Shown one piece after another: positions 9,014-19,453 of a stretch of DNA of 32,000 nt. A program made the position numbers and the translations under genes. Source of the stretch: Opitutales bacterium (GTDB lineage Bacteria > Verrucomicrobiota > Verrucomicrobiia > Opitutales > PNEW01); NCBI GenBank assembly GCA_965219535.1, contig CBDCNV010000002.1, positions 1,110,001 to 1,142,000 of the forward strand, given 5' to 3'. The notes under the pieces are model-generated. The model was not told the DNA's origin. It was given only the letters and a program-made list of their open reading frames with translations, and did no database searches. How positions within the stretch are numbered: position 1 is the stretch's first letter; the number at the start of each line of letters is the position of its first letter.

Positions 9014-9283
9014 ATGAGTAACGATAATGAAGGAAGACTTAAAAAACTGATCGATGGCTATGATAAAGCGATCAGCCTATCTCATCATGCAGAGATAAAG
9101 AGAGAACTTAGAGATGAGGATGATCTTTTTCTCTTATTGTGCTTTTCCGAATTATTAGGAATTCCCAATCCGGTTTCTTATTATACGATGGAAATGTATC
9201 CACTCTTTATCGAAAAATTTCATCAATGGCACTTGCGAATGGGGATGGAGAAATCCCCACTAGAGGATATACGTTGTTGTTAA
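9014..9283 (+). CDS. Small CstA-associated protein ending in -RCC (probable 'cory-CC-star' family)
   Basis: An 89-aa ORF lies 34 nt downstream of cstA and terminates ...LEDIRCC-stop. The family name comes from my memory of NCBI family naming and has not been searched. Confidence 0.6.
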   Translation: MSNDNEGRLKKLIDGYDKAISLSHHAEIKRELRDEDDLFLLLCFSELLGIPNPVSYYTMEMYPLFIEKFHQWHLRMGMEKSPLEDIRCC

Positions 9284-9338
9284 GATATAACAGGAGCTGT
9301 TCTCTGAATTTAACAACTGAATTTAACCCGGCTTCAAT

Positions 9339-10289
9339 ATGTTGAATCCCGAACTAAAGATTACATTCTTCAGTGGCAAAGGCGGGGTAGGTAAGTCAAC
9401 TGTAGCTTCTGCCTACGCTCAATTATTAGCTTCTCGAAAAAGGAAAACTCTGCTTGTTTCTACCGATCCGGCGCATAGTTTGGGTAACATATTTCAAATT
9501 GAAATCGGAGGTAAACCAACCTCACTTTGCCCTAACCTGTGGGGTTTGGAAATTGATCCCGCGCAGGAGAACTTTCATTATATTAATAATGTCAAAGCTT
9601 CATTAAAGGGACTGGTAAAATCGACGATGGTGGAAGAGGTTGAACGGCAGATCCAACTTGCCAGTGACTCTCCAGGAGCTGAAGAAGCAGCTCTATTTGA
9701 TGCGATCGTATCTATTATTATCGATGAAAGTAAACTTTACGATCGGATTGTGATTGATACCGCGCCAACGGGACATGCGATAAGGTTGTTATCGCTACCT
9801 GAGCTGATGAGCGTTTGGATGGAGGGAATGTTGAAACGAAGAAAAAAAGTTACGAAAAACTATTCCCAATTACTCGGTGATGGTGAGATTGTCGATGACC
9901 CTATTTACGATATATTAAACGTAAGAAAGAAACGATATGCAGCGGCAAGAGATATTATCTTAGATAAGAAGCAAACCGCTATAATCTTTGTAATGATACC
10001 AGAAAAGCTTCCACTTATGGAAACAATTAGTGGTATTAAAATGTTAAGTCATTATAATATAGATGTTCACACCCTATTTATTAATAAGGTTCTTCCAACA
10101 AGTGTTCGAGATGAGTTTTTCGTAAAGCGAAAGCAACAACAGGCGGTGTATATTAAGGAAATAGAGGATTCCTTTAAAAATAAGGAGATTATATTACTTC
10201 CCTTGTTGGCTGAAGATATAAGCACTCATCAGGCTCTGGTGGAGCTTAGTAGCTACCTGACAGGGAGGAAGGGGCCAGGTTTGGATTGA
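9339..10289 (+). CDS. ArsA/Get3 (TRC40)-family P-loop ATPase, single domain
   Basis: P-loop GKGGVGKST, the DPAHSL motif and switch II DTAPTGH are all present. Confidence 0.85.
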   Translation: MLNPELKITFFSGKGGVGKSTVASAYAQLLASRKRKTLLVSTDPAHSLGNIFQIEIGGKPTSLCPNLWGLEIDPAQENFHYINNVKASLKGLVKSTMVEEVERQIQLASDSPGAEEAALFDAIVSIIIDESKLYDRIVIDTAPTGHAIRLLSLPELMSVWMEGMLKRRKKVTKNYSQLLGDGEIVDDPIYDILNVRKKRYAAARDIILDKKQTAIIFVMIPEKLPLMETISGIKMLSHYNIDVHTLFINKVLPTSVRDEFFVKRKQQQAVYIKEIEDSFKNKEIILLPLLAEDISTHQALVELSSYLTGRKGPGLD

Positions 10290-10322
10290 TGCTGTGAGTA
10301 ATTTGTTTCATCCAATAAGTAA

Positions 10323-11003
10323 ATGATGCTAAATTTGATCGCACAGAATATCTGGGAATATAACCATCCTTTAAAGCTGGCCGGTATGGATATCGGTCAT
10401 CGAATGACGGTAATTCGGCTAAAAAAGAATAAACTATTTATTCATTCGCCGGCACCGCTCGATGACACTTTGGTCAATGAATTAAAGTCTTTAGGTAGAG
10501 TTAGCGCTGTAATTGCACCAAGTAGGATGCACGATCTTTTTCTGATGCCTTACTTTAAAAGCTATCCACAGGCCCAATTTTATTGTGCCCCTGGCTTGGC
10601 CGAAGAACATCCTCAAATGCCATTCACGGCTGAATTGTCTTTAGCGAAGAATTATTTCTGGAATGACGAAATTCAACAATTAATCATTCATGGAATGCCA
10701 AAAGTCAACGAGGTCGTTTTTTTGCACCGTCCCAGCAGCAGCCTGATTGTAGCTGACCTCGTGTTTAATTTGGGGAGAGACAATTCTTTGCTCACTAATG
10801 GTTATCTCTTCCTTGCCGGTGCTTATCGAAAGACTACGCCAAGCAGGCTTTTCAAGTTTTTAATAAAAGATAAGCAAGCAATGAAACTTTCGATTGAAAT
10901 AATGCTCCTCTGGGACTTTGAACGCCTTATTATGGGGCATGGGGATATCGTAAATACTTCGGCAAAAGATGCTTTGCGCAAAGCCTACGCCTGGTTGTTG
11001 TGA
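10323..11003 (+). CDS. DUF4336-like protein (metallo-hydrolase-like fold), function unknown
   Basis: The pattern MTVIRLKKNKLFIHSPAPL...VSAVIAPSRMHDLF...GHGD resembles DUF4336 as I remember it. It is co-directional with the ArsA-like gene and 33 nt downstream of it. Confidence 0.55.
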   Translation: MMLNLIAQNIWEYNHPLKLAGMDIGHRMTVIRLKKNKLFIHSPAPLDDTLVNELKSLGRVSAVIAPSRMHDLFLMPYFKSYPQAQFYCAPGLAEEHPQMPFTAELSLAKNYFWNDEIQQLIIHGMPKVNEVVFLHRPSSSLIVADLVFNLGRDNSLLTNGYLFLAGAYRKTTPSRLFKFLIKDKQAMKLSIEIMLLWDFERLIMGHGDIVNTSAKDALRKAYAWLL

Positions 11004-11030
11004 ACGGGATAAAAGTCAGCTAATCATATA

Positions 11031-14000
11031 TCAAGTGTAAGTGAGGTAGGGCGCCAGCCATTTTTCCACGTCTTGAATCTTCATATTTTTTCGCTCCGCA
11101 TAATCTTGCACCTGATCTATTCCGATCTGTGTCACCGCGAAGTAACGACTGTCCGGGTGAGCAAAATAGAGACCGCTGATTGAACTCGGAGGTGACATCG
11201 CATAAGATTCCGTGAGACTGACCCCGGTATTTTCTTCTGCTTTGAGCCAATCAAAAAGCGTGCGTTTTTCCGTATGGTCGGGGTAAGCAGGATATCCCTG
11301 TGCCGGTCGGATACCTCGGTATTTTTCTCGAATCAGGTCGGTATTGCTCAATTGTTCTTCTTTCCCGTATCCCCAAAAGCCGCGTACCCGTTCGTGCATC
11401 CTCTCAGCCAGTGCTTCCGCAAAACGGTCTCCCAAAGCTTTTACCATGATCGCGAGATAATCGTCGTGTTGTTTCTCATAAGTTTCAGCGAGCTGTTCTA
11501 CCCAGCTGCCGGCGGTTACAACGAATCCACCAACCCAGTCCAGTTTGCCGCTCTCTCTTGGCGCGATGAAGTCGGCTAATGCGTAATAAGGTTCACCTCT
11601 TCGATGTTCATTCTGTTGTCGAAGTGTATGAAAAACACAGTCTACAGAGTTGCGGGATTCATCCTTATAGACTTCAATGTCGTCGCCCACCCGGTTGCAG
11701 GGCTGAAATCGGATCACGGCGCGCCCGTAGTAATCCGGGTTTTCTATAATCAGTTTAATTAAAACCTGGGCGTCATCGAATAATTTTTTTGCTTCACACC
11801 CTACAATTTCATCTTCCAGGATGCGGGGGTAGCGCCCATGAAGATCCCAAGCAGAAAAAAAAGGGCTCCAGTCGATATATTCGACAAGCTCCTTTAGCGA
11901 ATAGTTATCGAACTGACGGGTCCCGTTAAACTCGGGTTTGTCAATCACTGCTTTGTCCCAATCCGTCGCAAAGGACAGTTCACGCGTTTGATCCAGTGAA
12001 ACGATCTTCTTCTTCCTGGACTTGCTTTCATGTTTCTTCCGAAGAGCATCCTGCGACTCTTCGACTTGAGATGCGTAGAGTGACCGTGTCTTCTCATTGA
12101 GTAGCTTCCCCACCACGTCTGCGACGAGCGATGCGTCCCGTACGTGGACTACAGGCTGGTCGTAATGGGGCGCAATCTTGACCGCGGTGTGAGCCGGATT
12201 GGTAGTGGCGCCGCCAATAAGCAGTGGCACGCTGCATCCGGTGCGTTTCATTTCTCGGGCTACATGTATCATTTCGTCTAGTGAGGGTGTGATCAACCCG
12301 GAGAGGCCAATGACCGCGGCCCCAGTTTCTTTAGCCTTGGCGAGTATTTTATCGCAGGGTACCATCACGCCAAGATCGATCACATCGTAATTGTTGCAGG
12401 CGAGAACGATACTGACGATATTCTTCCCAATGTCGTGGACATCACCCTTGACTGTAGCGATGATAAAAACGCCCTTGTTCTTAGAAGACTTAGCTTTGCC
12501 TTCTTCCATATAAGGTTCGAGATAAGCAACTGCCTTCTTCATGACTCTGGCGCTTTTCACAACTTGGGGGAGGAACATTTTTCCCGCACCAAATAGTTCA
12601 CCAACGATCCCCATACCTTTCATCAGTGGGCCTTCGATTACCTCGAGCGGTTCACCAGCAGCTTGCCGCGCCTCTTCGGTGTCTGCTTCAACATGATCGA
12701 CGATGCCTTTGACCAAAGCATGAGCCAATCGTTTCTCGACCGACCATAAGCGCCATTCATCTGTCTCTTTTTCTTCCTTTTCGCCTTGCTGTCGGTTGAA
12801 TCGTGATGCTGCATCAATTATTTTTTCTGTGGCGTCATCACTGCGGTTGAGAAGTACATCTTCCACCAGTTTGAGTAACTCAGAATCAATTTCGTCGTAC
12901 ACCGTTAGCATACCGGCGTTGACGATGCCCAAATCCAATCCAGCATTAATTGAATGGTAAAGAAAAGCTGTGTGCATCGCTTCCCGAACGGGGTTGTTTC
13001 CGCGAAAGGAAAAAGAGACATTGCTGATGCCGCCACTTACTTTTACGTAGGGTAAACAGTCTTTAATGTCATGGGTAGCGTCGATAAATGCCCGGCCATA
13101 GTTTGCATGTTCCTCAATTCCTGTTCCCACGGTCAGTACATTGGGATCGAAAATAATATCTTCTGCTGGAAACCCCAGCTGATCGGTCAGGAGAGCGTAA
13201 GCCCTTTTGCAGATCCGTAATTTATCCTCTCTCGTTGCGGCTTGCCCTTTTTCGTCGAACGCCATCACTACGACGGCAGCGCCGTACTGGCGGATTCGTC
13301 GAGCCTGATCACAGAAAATTTTTTCGCCTTCTTTCAAGCTGATAGAATTCACGACTCCTTTTCCCTGGATCGTTTGCAGTCCCGCTTCAATAACTTCCCA
13401 TTTCGAGCTATCGATCATTATCGGTACGCGAGAAATATCCGGATCAGAACCGATTAGATTGAGAAAGTGACGCATCGATTCGACCCCATCGAGCATCGCT
13501 TCATCGAAGTTAACATCGAGAATGTTGGCACCGTTATCTACCTGTTGCTGGGCCACGCGCAGGGCTTTTTCAAATTCACCCTTCTTTATCATTTTGGAAA
13601 ATCGAGGTGATCCAGTCACATTCGTCCTTTCACCAACGATAACGAATGGGCTGTCTTTATCGCCCGATACCGTAAAAGGCTCCAGACCTGATAGGCGCAT
13701 GGACTTTTTTATTGTCGGCAGTTGTCGGGGAGGATGTTCTGCGACGGCGGCGGCAATCGCTTTAAGATGATCGGGAGTGGTTCCGCAACAGCCCCCGACC
13801 ATATTGAGCATCCCGTCTTTTGCGAATGAACCCAGGACTTCAGCCATGTGCTCAGGTGTATCGTCATAGCCGGTCTCGGATAGAGGGTTTGGCATTCCCG
13901 CATTCGGGTAGCAATGCACATAACACTCGGCGACGTTTGAAAGATCCTCAAGATAAGGCCGCATTTCTTCAGCACCTAGAGCACAATTAATCCCGGTGAC

Positions 14001-14759
14001 AAGGGGACGCGCATGTTCAATCGAGTTCCAGAATGCTTCGATTGTCTGTCCCGATAAGGTGCGGCCGGAAGCATCGGTGATCGTGACTGACACGAAGACG
14101 GGGAGTCTTATCTCGTGATGATGAAAATAATCATCGATCGCGATGAGCGCTGCTTTCAGATTCAGTGTATCGAAAGTCGTCTCGGGCATGAGGATGTCAA
14201 CGCCTCCCACTACCAGGGCATCAACCTGTTCGTAGTATGTCTTATAGACATCCTCGAAAGTGACGGCACGATATTCGGGGCGATCAACATCGGGAGAAAG
14301 TGAGAGCGTTTTATTGGTGGGTCCGATGGCTCCAGCCACATAAACTTTTCTCCCTTGATTCTCTGCGATAAATTCGTTCGCCGCTTTTCTTGCGATATGA
14401 GCGGAAGCTAGATTCATCTCCCTCACTCGATCTGAAAGTGAATAATCAGCTTGGGAGATAGAGTTTGAATTGAAGGTATTTGTCTCGGTAATGTCCGCAC
14501 CGGCTTCAAGAAACTGACCGTGAATATTGGCGATGATTTCAGGTTTGGTGAGCGACAACAGATCATTATTACCTTGGAGATCATCCGTATGATTTTTAAA
14601 TAATTCACCTCTGAAATCTTCTTCCTTCAGCTTGTACTGCTGGATCATCGTTCCCATCGCGCCATCAAGAATAGCGATACGCTGAGAAAACAGTTCCTCC
14701 AGTTCCTGAAAAAGATCGCGTTTGCCCGGTTGATCTCGGGATGCGGTTTTAGAGTCCAT
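11031..14759 (-). CDS. metH: Cobalamin-dependent methionine synthase
   Basis: Full 1242-aa architecture: the Hcy-binding domain (GGCCGTTP), the pterin-binding domain, the B12-binding motif [10 protein letters not shown], and the C-terminal AdoMet activation domain. Confidence 0.97.
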   Translation of the reverse strand: MDSKTASRDQPGKRDLFQELEELFSQRIAILDGAMGTMIQQYKLKEEDFRGELFKNHTDDLQGNNDLLSLTKPEIIANIHGQFLEAGADITETNTFNSNSISQADYSLSDRVREMNLASAHIARKAANEFIAENQGRKVYVAGAIGPTNKTLSLSPDVDRPEYRAVTFEDVYKTYYEQVDALVVGGVDILMPETTFDTLNLKAALIAIDDYFHHHEIRLPVFVSVTITDASGRTLSGQTIEAFWNSIEHARPLVTGINCALGAEEMRPYLEDLSNVAECYVHCYPNAGMPNPLSETGYDDTPEHMAEVLGSFAKDGMLNMVGGCCGTTPDHLKAIAAAVAEHPPRQLPTIKKSMRLSGLEPFTVSGDKDSPFVIVGERTNVTGSPRFSKMIKKGEFEKALRVAQQQVDNGANILDVNFDEAMLDGVESMRHFLNLIGSDPDISRVPIMIDSSKWEVIEAGLQTIQGKGVVNSISLKEGEKIFCDQARRIRQYGAAVVVMAFDEKGQAATREDKLRICKRAYALLTDQLGFPAEDIIFDPNVLTVGTGIEEHANYGRAFIDATHDIKDCLPYVKVSGGISNVSFSFRGNNPVREAMHTAFLYHSINAGLDLGIVNAGMLTVYDEIDSELLKLVEDVLLNRSDDATEKIIDAASRFNRQQGEKEEKETDEWRLWSVEKRLAHALVKGIVDHVEADTEEARQAAGEPLEVIEGPLMKGMGIVGELFGAGKMFLPQVVKSARVMKKAVAYLEPYMEEGKAKSSKNKGVFIIATVKGDVHDIGKNIVSIVLACNNYDVIDLGVMVPCDKILAKAKETGAAVIGLSGLITPSLDEMIHVAREMKRTGCSVPLLIGGATTNPAHTAVKIAPHYDQPVVHVRDASLVADVVGKLLNEKTRSLYASQVEESQDALRKKHESKSRKKKIVSLDQTRELSFATDWDKAVIDKPEFNGTRQFDNYSLKELVEYIDWSPFFSAWDLHGRYPRILEDEIVGCEAKKLFDDAQVLIKLIIENPDYYGRAVIRFQPCNRVGDDIEVYKDESRNSVDCVFHTLRQQNEHRRGEPYYALADFIAPRESGKLDWVGGFVVTAGSWVEQLAETYEKQHDDYLAIMVKALGDRFAEALAERMHERVRGFWGYGKEEQLSNTDLIREKYRGIRPAQGYPAYPDHTEKRTLFDWLKAEENTGVSLTESYAMSPPSSISGLYFAHPDSRYFAVTQIGIDQVQDYAERKNMKIQDVEKWLAPYLTYT

Positions 14760-14952
14760 CTTAAGAAATTATAGGGTTTCCATTGAATTGATCATGGATT
14801 ACACAGAATTTGTGGTGCCCGCTCTAATAATATTAATATCAAGATCGCGATAAGCCAATCTCAATAAATAAAACTAAAAACCCAGGAGGCCAGGCTTTGG
14901 CTTTTTATATCGATGAAACCGGTGATGTGTGATTCTCGCAGTGATATAACTT

Positions 14953-16554
14953 TCAGGATGAATCCCGAGTCGTCGCCTTTACTTCAATCACCTCCACATC
15001 ATGGGTCGCAGCTTCGCGCTGTGCTGCAGGGCTTACTTTAATATAGCGCGCTCTCTGCTTAAGCTCAGTAATATTCGCTGCGCCCAAATATCCCATTCCA
15101 GACTGAACACCACCTACGATCTGGCTCATCCATTCATCGACTGAACCTGAAACTTCCTTAAGTGCTTCAACGCCCTCGGCAGCAACTTTGCCCATAGGTT
15201 CAGATTCACTGTGACCATAGCGAGCGGCGGAACCTGCTTTCATCGCCTCCAGGCTGCCCATGCCACGGTATTGTTTATAAATTTTTCCGTTTATTTCCAT
15301 AATTTTACCGGGTGCTTCGCGGCAACCGGCAAGCAAACTACCGCAAATAACTGCATCGGCCAAGGTGAGCGCTTTGACGATGTCGCCAGATTTGGTAATG
15401 CCTCCATCGGCGAGAATTGTAACACCCTTTTTAGCAGCTTCGCAGGATGCGATATAGAGAGCGGTTAATTGGGGGATGCCTACACCGGTTACGATACGCG
15501 TTGTGCAAATCGAACCCGGGCCCTGACCTATTTTGATTGCATCCGCCCCTGCATCGGCGAGAAAGGCTACGCCTTCTGCGCTCGTTACATTGCCCGCGAT
15601 GATTGTCAGATCTTTGAATACATTGCGAATCGTTTTCACTACTTCGCCCACCCCCTGACTGTGCCCGTGAGCAGTAGAAATGGCCACCGCGTCGAGTCCT
15701 TCATCAACTAAGTTTCCTACCTGGTCAACAATACGGTCGCGATCGAGTTCGTCAGTGCTCGTGCGTGCGGCTGAAATAGCCGCACCGCAAACAAGGCGAA
15801 ATTCACTGTCACGTGCGGGTTTGCGATTCGACTGCGCTTCCTGTGTGATGCGCTCGACGTCGCTTATTGTGAATAGACCGCGCAAGTGATTTTTATTATC
15901 GACGACGATGAGTTTATGGATCCCCATGTGCTTGTTAAAAAATTTATCTGCCACACCAATGGGATCGCCTGCTATATCCTCTTCTTGAATAGAAAATACC
16001 TGGTCGCGGGGGGTCATCGCTTCATGCACCTTCTTCCCGCTATATCTTTCCTTAACAACTAATCCGGATAGGAGACCGACGAAGAGGCCATTATCTTCTA
16101 CGACTGGAAATGTATGAAATTCGTACTGCTTTTCTTTGATCAACCTGAGGACATCGCCAATGTATTGATCGGGCGTTATCGAAATCGGTTCCTGGATAAG
16201 ACCATGAATATGGTTTTTCACTCGCGCTACTTCCTTAACTTGCTTATCAAAAGGAAGATTGTAATGGATTAAGCCGAGGCCGCCTTGTTGCGCCATAGCA
16301 ATCGCCATTCGCGCTTCCGTTACGGTGTCCATATCCGAAGATATGATTGGAATTTGCAGGGTCAGGGACTTTGAAATCGCGGTCTCCAACCGAATATTTC
16401 GCGGCGTTAAGGTAGAATAGCGTGACGCCAGTGTTACATCGTCAAAAGTAAGAGCGAAGGGCAGCTGCTGAGGGAAAAATGCATCAGCTGACTGATAAAA
16501 GGTTGCATCGATTTCATTCGATACAGTTTCGGTGTCGCTTTCTAGTATCGCCAT
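14953..16554 (-). CDS. guaB: IMP dehydrogenase with a CBS pair
   Basis: [15 protein letters not shown], the catalytic loop [11 protein letters not shown], and GGITKSGD are present. The N-terminus is about 30-40 aa longer than in typical GuaB. Confidence 0.95.
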   Translation of the reverse strand: MAILESDTETVSNEIDATFYQSADAFFPQQLPFALTFDDVTLASRYSTLTPRNIRLETAISKSLTLQIPIISSDMDTVTEARMAIAMAQQGGLGLIHYNLPFDKQVKEVARVKNHIHGLIQEPISITPDQYIGDVLRLIKEKQYEFHTFPVVEDNGLFVGLLSGLVVKERYSGKKVHEAMTPRDQVFSIQEEDIAGDPIGVADKFFNKHMGIHKLIVVDNKNHLRGLFTISDVERITQEAQSNRKPARDSEFRLVCGAAISAARTSTDELDRDRIVDQVGNLVDEGLDAVAISTAHGHSQGVGEVVKTIRNVFKDLTIIAGNVTSAEGVAFLADAGADAIKIGQGPGSICTTRIVTGVGIPQLTALYIASCEAAKKGVTILADGGITKSGDIVKALTLADAVICGSLLAGCREAPGKIMEINGKIYKQYRGMGSLEAMKAGSAARYGHSESEPMGKVAAEGVEALKEVSGSVDEWMSQIVGGVQSGMGYLGAANITELKQRARYIKVSPAAQREAATHDVEVIEVKATTRDSS

Positions 16555-16632
16555 GTTGAAAATTGACAGAAATGTATGAAAGAATCAAGTGAAAATAAAT
16601 ATTTAGAGAACAGGATTAATTTGTGATTGCTG

Positions 16633-17643
16633 ATGGACTATCATTTTGAATTTAAATTGTACCGGCGCTCATTTCGTCGACCGCTTATAGCCGGTCATGG
16701 CACATGGACTACTCGCGAAGGAATCCTTGTCCGATTAGAGGATGGCGAGGGCAACAACGGCTATGGCGAGATTGCACCTTTACCCTCATTTGGTACAGAG
16801 AGCATAGAAGAGGCTTGTGCATATTGCCGTGATCTAAAAGGACGATTTAATGATCATACGCTCGAGTCAGCTGATCCTAATCTCCCCGCTTGTCGCTTCG
16901 CCTTGGAAAGCGCACGCGAATTGCTCCGGAATAAATGTGGACTAAATGCTGGGAGAAAAGTTCCGGTCGCGGTATTGCTTCCGTCAGGGGGGGAAGCATT
17001 GAATTTTTTGGATCATTATTCCAGTTGGGGTTTTAAAACTTATAAGTGGAAGATCGGTGTCGATGAGATAGAAAGCGAGCAGTCTGTCTTTGAAGAACTT
17101 ATCAGCGCATCACCTGGGGATGTAAAATTCCGCCTCGATGCAAATGGAGCTCTGACCCTTCGACAAGCTGAAGAGTGGCTTGGATTCCTCGATAATCATA
17201 ATATAGAATTTCTCGAGCAACCGCTTCCCCCGACGGAGTCAAAAACCATTTTCGAAATAGCTGATAAGTATTCCACCCCCATCGCATTGGATGAATCGGT
17301 ATCATCTATAGAAAGTCTGAAAAGCGCAGCTATAAGTGGCTGGCCAGGTTTCCTTGTTGTTAAACCTTCGATCATGGGTTCCCATTTGGCATTCCGCGCC
17401 TGGGTTGAGCAATGCAACTGCCCGTTGATATTTTCTTCAGTGTTTGAAACCGCGGTGGGTTTTCAGGCAGGTCTTCAACTTGCAGCAGAATATGGAGCAC
17501 CGGGTTACGCTGCCGGCTATGGCATCAACAGTTATTTTTTAAGCGACGGACTTTCTCTTCATGGAGAGGGTCCTGAAATTAACCCCTATCAATGCTCTCT
17601 CAAAGATTTTGAAAAAATATGGAAACAAATTGGGAAGAACTAA
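16633..17643 (+). CDS. menC: o-Succinylbenzoate synthase (enolase superfamily)
   Basis: KWKIG (K-x-K), with metal ligands in RLDANG, FLEQP and ALDES. It sits immediately upstream of, and overlaps, menE. The ORF track starts at a TTG at 16627; the ATG at 16633 is preferred. Confidence 0.8.
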   Translation: MDYHFEFKLYRRSFRRPLIAGHGTWTTREGILVRLEDGEGNNGYGEIAPLPSFGTESIEEACAYCRDLKGRFNDHTLESADPNLPACRFALESARELLRNKCGLNAGRKVPVAVLLPSGGEALNFLDHYSSWGFKTYKWKIGVDEIESEQSVFEELISASPGDVKFRLDANGALTLRQAEEWLGFLDNHNIEFLEQPLPPTESKTIFEIADKYSTPIALDESVSSIESLKSAAISGWPGFLVVKPSIMGSHLAFRAWVEQCNCPLIFSSVFETAVGFQAGLQLAAEYGAPGYAAGYGINSYFLSDGLSLHGEGPEINPYQCSLKDFEKIWKQIGKN

Positions 17644-18956
17644 AGCTAAGACTCAAGAACCGGGGTTGGGATACCGATGTGCCTATTCCGGGTGAATCGC
17701 AATTGGAAAAGGAATCCATACCGCGAGTAATGATAGCAGATAACGATCCGAATAAACTATTCCCCTTTTTTTTCAGACTTCTATTTAATGGCAGCCATAT
17801 ATTTCTCGGTAATCCCGACTGGGGCATGATTCGTTGGCTCGAGGCAATCGCACTGATCAAACCCCATCTAGTGATCGGAGATCTGCCCGAAAAGGTGAAG
17901 ACCGAATATGAAAAGAATCGAGAATCAGCGGTCTTTTGTCATGATCATGGATCTCGCATCCTGTTGCCGACGGGCGGAAGCACAGCCGGTTTGCGATTTG
18001 CCATTCATCATTGGGAGCAATTCGAAATAGCGGTATCCGGTTTTCAAAAGCATTTCAAAACCGAAAAGATAAATAATTGCTGCGTCCTTCCGCTCTATCA
18101 TGCGGGTGGTTTGATGCAAACCCTGCGTTCAGTATTAACCGATGGCACTCTTGTCTTTCCCTCCTGGTCACGAATCAGTGAGGGGCTAATTCCAGATCTT
18201 GAACCTGACGATTATTTCATCTCACTCGTGCCGACGCAGCTGAGACGTATTCTTCAACATGAGGATGCCGTCGAATGGTTAAAAGCATTCAGGACCGTGC
18301 TAATCGGTGGTGCCGCGGCGAGTGAGCCTCTGCTCGATAAAGCGCGATCATCAGGTATCAAGCTTGCCCCTTCCTATGGATTGACTGAAACCGCGGCCAT
18401 GGTCACTTCTCATCTCCCCGAAGATTTTCATCAAGGACGAAGTGGCGCTGGCCGTCCTTTGCCCCACGCTAAGATAACCATTCAGGATGAATCGGGTGGT
18501 GCAGTTCCGTCAGGTTCACGAGGCCGCATTGTCGTAAAAACAGATACCCTGAGTCTGGGGTATTATCCGTCAACCGAGCTGCCTATGAATGACGGATTTA
18601 TAACGGGAGATGAGGGCTATTTTGATGGGGAGGGGGACTTGCATGTCCTCGGGCGGCTCGACCAAATAATTATCACGGGGGGAGAAAAAGTTGAACCGGT
18701 TGAAGTAGAGACCGCGCTGTTTGCAACCGGTATGGTTAAGGACGCCTGGGTAACGGGGCGTCCCGACCCAGAATGGGGGCAGCGCGTTACCGCGGTCTAT
18801 GTTCCCAACGATACTAAAGTGACAGTTGAGAAGTTAAAAAAGAGTTTAGGTGATAAGCTTTCCCCATTTCAGATACCTAAATTGTGGATTCCACTTAAAA
18901 TAATCCCTCGCAATGCAGCCGGTAAAATTGAGTGGGATCAAATAGATTTCTTTTAA
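17619..18956 (+). CDS. menE: o-Succinylbenzoate-CoA ligase (AMP-binding family)
   Basis: Adenylate-forming motifs are present: LPTGGSTAG, SYGLTET, FITGDEGYFD and a C-terminal catalytic Lys (AAGKIEW). Short size is typical of MenE. The gene overlaps menC by 25 nt. Confidence 0.8.
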   Translation: METNWEELKLRLKNRGWDTDVPIPGESQLEKESIPRVMIADNDPNKLFPFFFRLLFNGSHIFLGNPDWGMIRWLEAIALIKPHLVIGDLPEKVKTEYEKNRESAVFCHDHGSRILLPTGGSTAGLRFAIHHWEQFEIAVSGFQKHFKTEKINNCCVLPLYHAGGLMQTLRSVLTDGTLVFPSWSRISEGLIPDLEPDDYFISLVPTQLRRILQHEDAVEWLKAFRTVLIGGAAASEPLLDKARSSGIKLAPSYGLTETAAMVTSHLPEDFHQGRSGAGRPLPHAKITIQDESGGAVPSGSRGRIVVKTDTLSLGYYPSTELPMNDGFITGDEGYFDGEGDLHVLGRLDQIIITGGEKVEPVEVETALFATGMVKDAWVTGRPDPEWGQRVTAVYVPNDTKVTVEKLKKSLGDKLSPFQIPKLWIPLKIIPRNAAGKIEWDQIDFF

Positions 18957-19061
18957 ATAGATTATAATTTTATGATCAATGACCAGAATATTATTAGATT
19001 ACGATTATTATAGGCGAATCTTCAACCTTCCTGTTTGTTTTCGTCACCATTTTTCTCCCTA

Positions 19062-19325
19062 TTGTCATTGCAAGGGAGGCTATTAGCCGACCGCGGCTAC
19101 CGAGGATGAAGTCCGACATCTTCCATTCCAGGCGAATAGTCATTGTGGTTACGGATTACAATCTCTGCTTAGAAACAAGAATAATTTAAGGTATAATGTA
19201 GATCGGCAATCGTCTACTGTTTGGTAACTTGTATTTAGGGAATCTGATCACGCAATTGACATTCCCCTGGAGAGGAAGATGTCGCTGCGCTCGGTAGCTT
19301 CGTCACTTCACTCCTCGCAATGACA
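19062..19325. repeat. Long imperfect inverted repeat (MITE-like or IVS-stem-like) with no ORF
   Basis: The left arm is TGTCATTGCAAGGGAGG...GCTACCGAG...GACATCTTCC..TCCAGG (19062-19130). The right arm is CCTGGA..GGAAGATGTC...CTCGGTAGC...CCTCGCAATGACA (19266-19325). The outer, middle and inner blocks are complementary. The interior is about 135 bp and AT-rich. Confidence 0.7.
19169..19197 (+). promoter_or_regulatory. Possible sigma70-like promoter inside the palindromic element, facing the aminotransferase gene
   Basis: TTAGAA, a 17-nt spacer, then a perfect TATAAT at 19192-19197. The -35 element is poor (3 of 6) and the host promoter consensus is unknown. Confidence 0.2.
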
Positions 19326-19453
19326 ATTAGAAGACAAGCCAAGATTTATTGATTAATTTCAGGAAAATCGATTCTACCCAAGATAGTTCTTTATCATCCT
19401 CCTGATCCTTTTAATAGTAAGAATACACAAGAAACCCTAATTTATGAATTCAT

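Noticed and set aside
9139-9345. A 68-aa ORF overlapping the -RCC protein gene and the ArsA-like start
   Set aside because: It is an alternate frame of a better-supported ORF, with no recognisable features.
11274-14608. Multiple 60-100-aa ORFs on the plus strand and in alternate frames inside metH, with similar shadow ORFs inside guaB, cstA, the permease, gcvP and the sugar operon
   Set aside because: All lie entirely within long genes that have strong family motifs. They are typical shadow ORFs.
14760-14952. Riboswitch or leader upstream of metH, and a terminator downstream of guaB
   Set aside because: There is no B12-box-like or SAM-like conserved core. Only a 4-bp stem (GCCA/TGGC) lies next to T/A runs, which is too weak to call a terminator.
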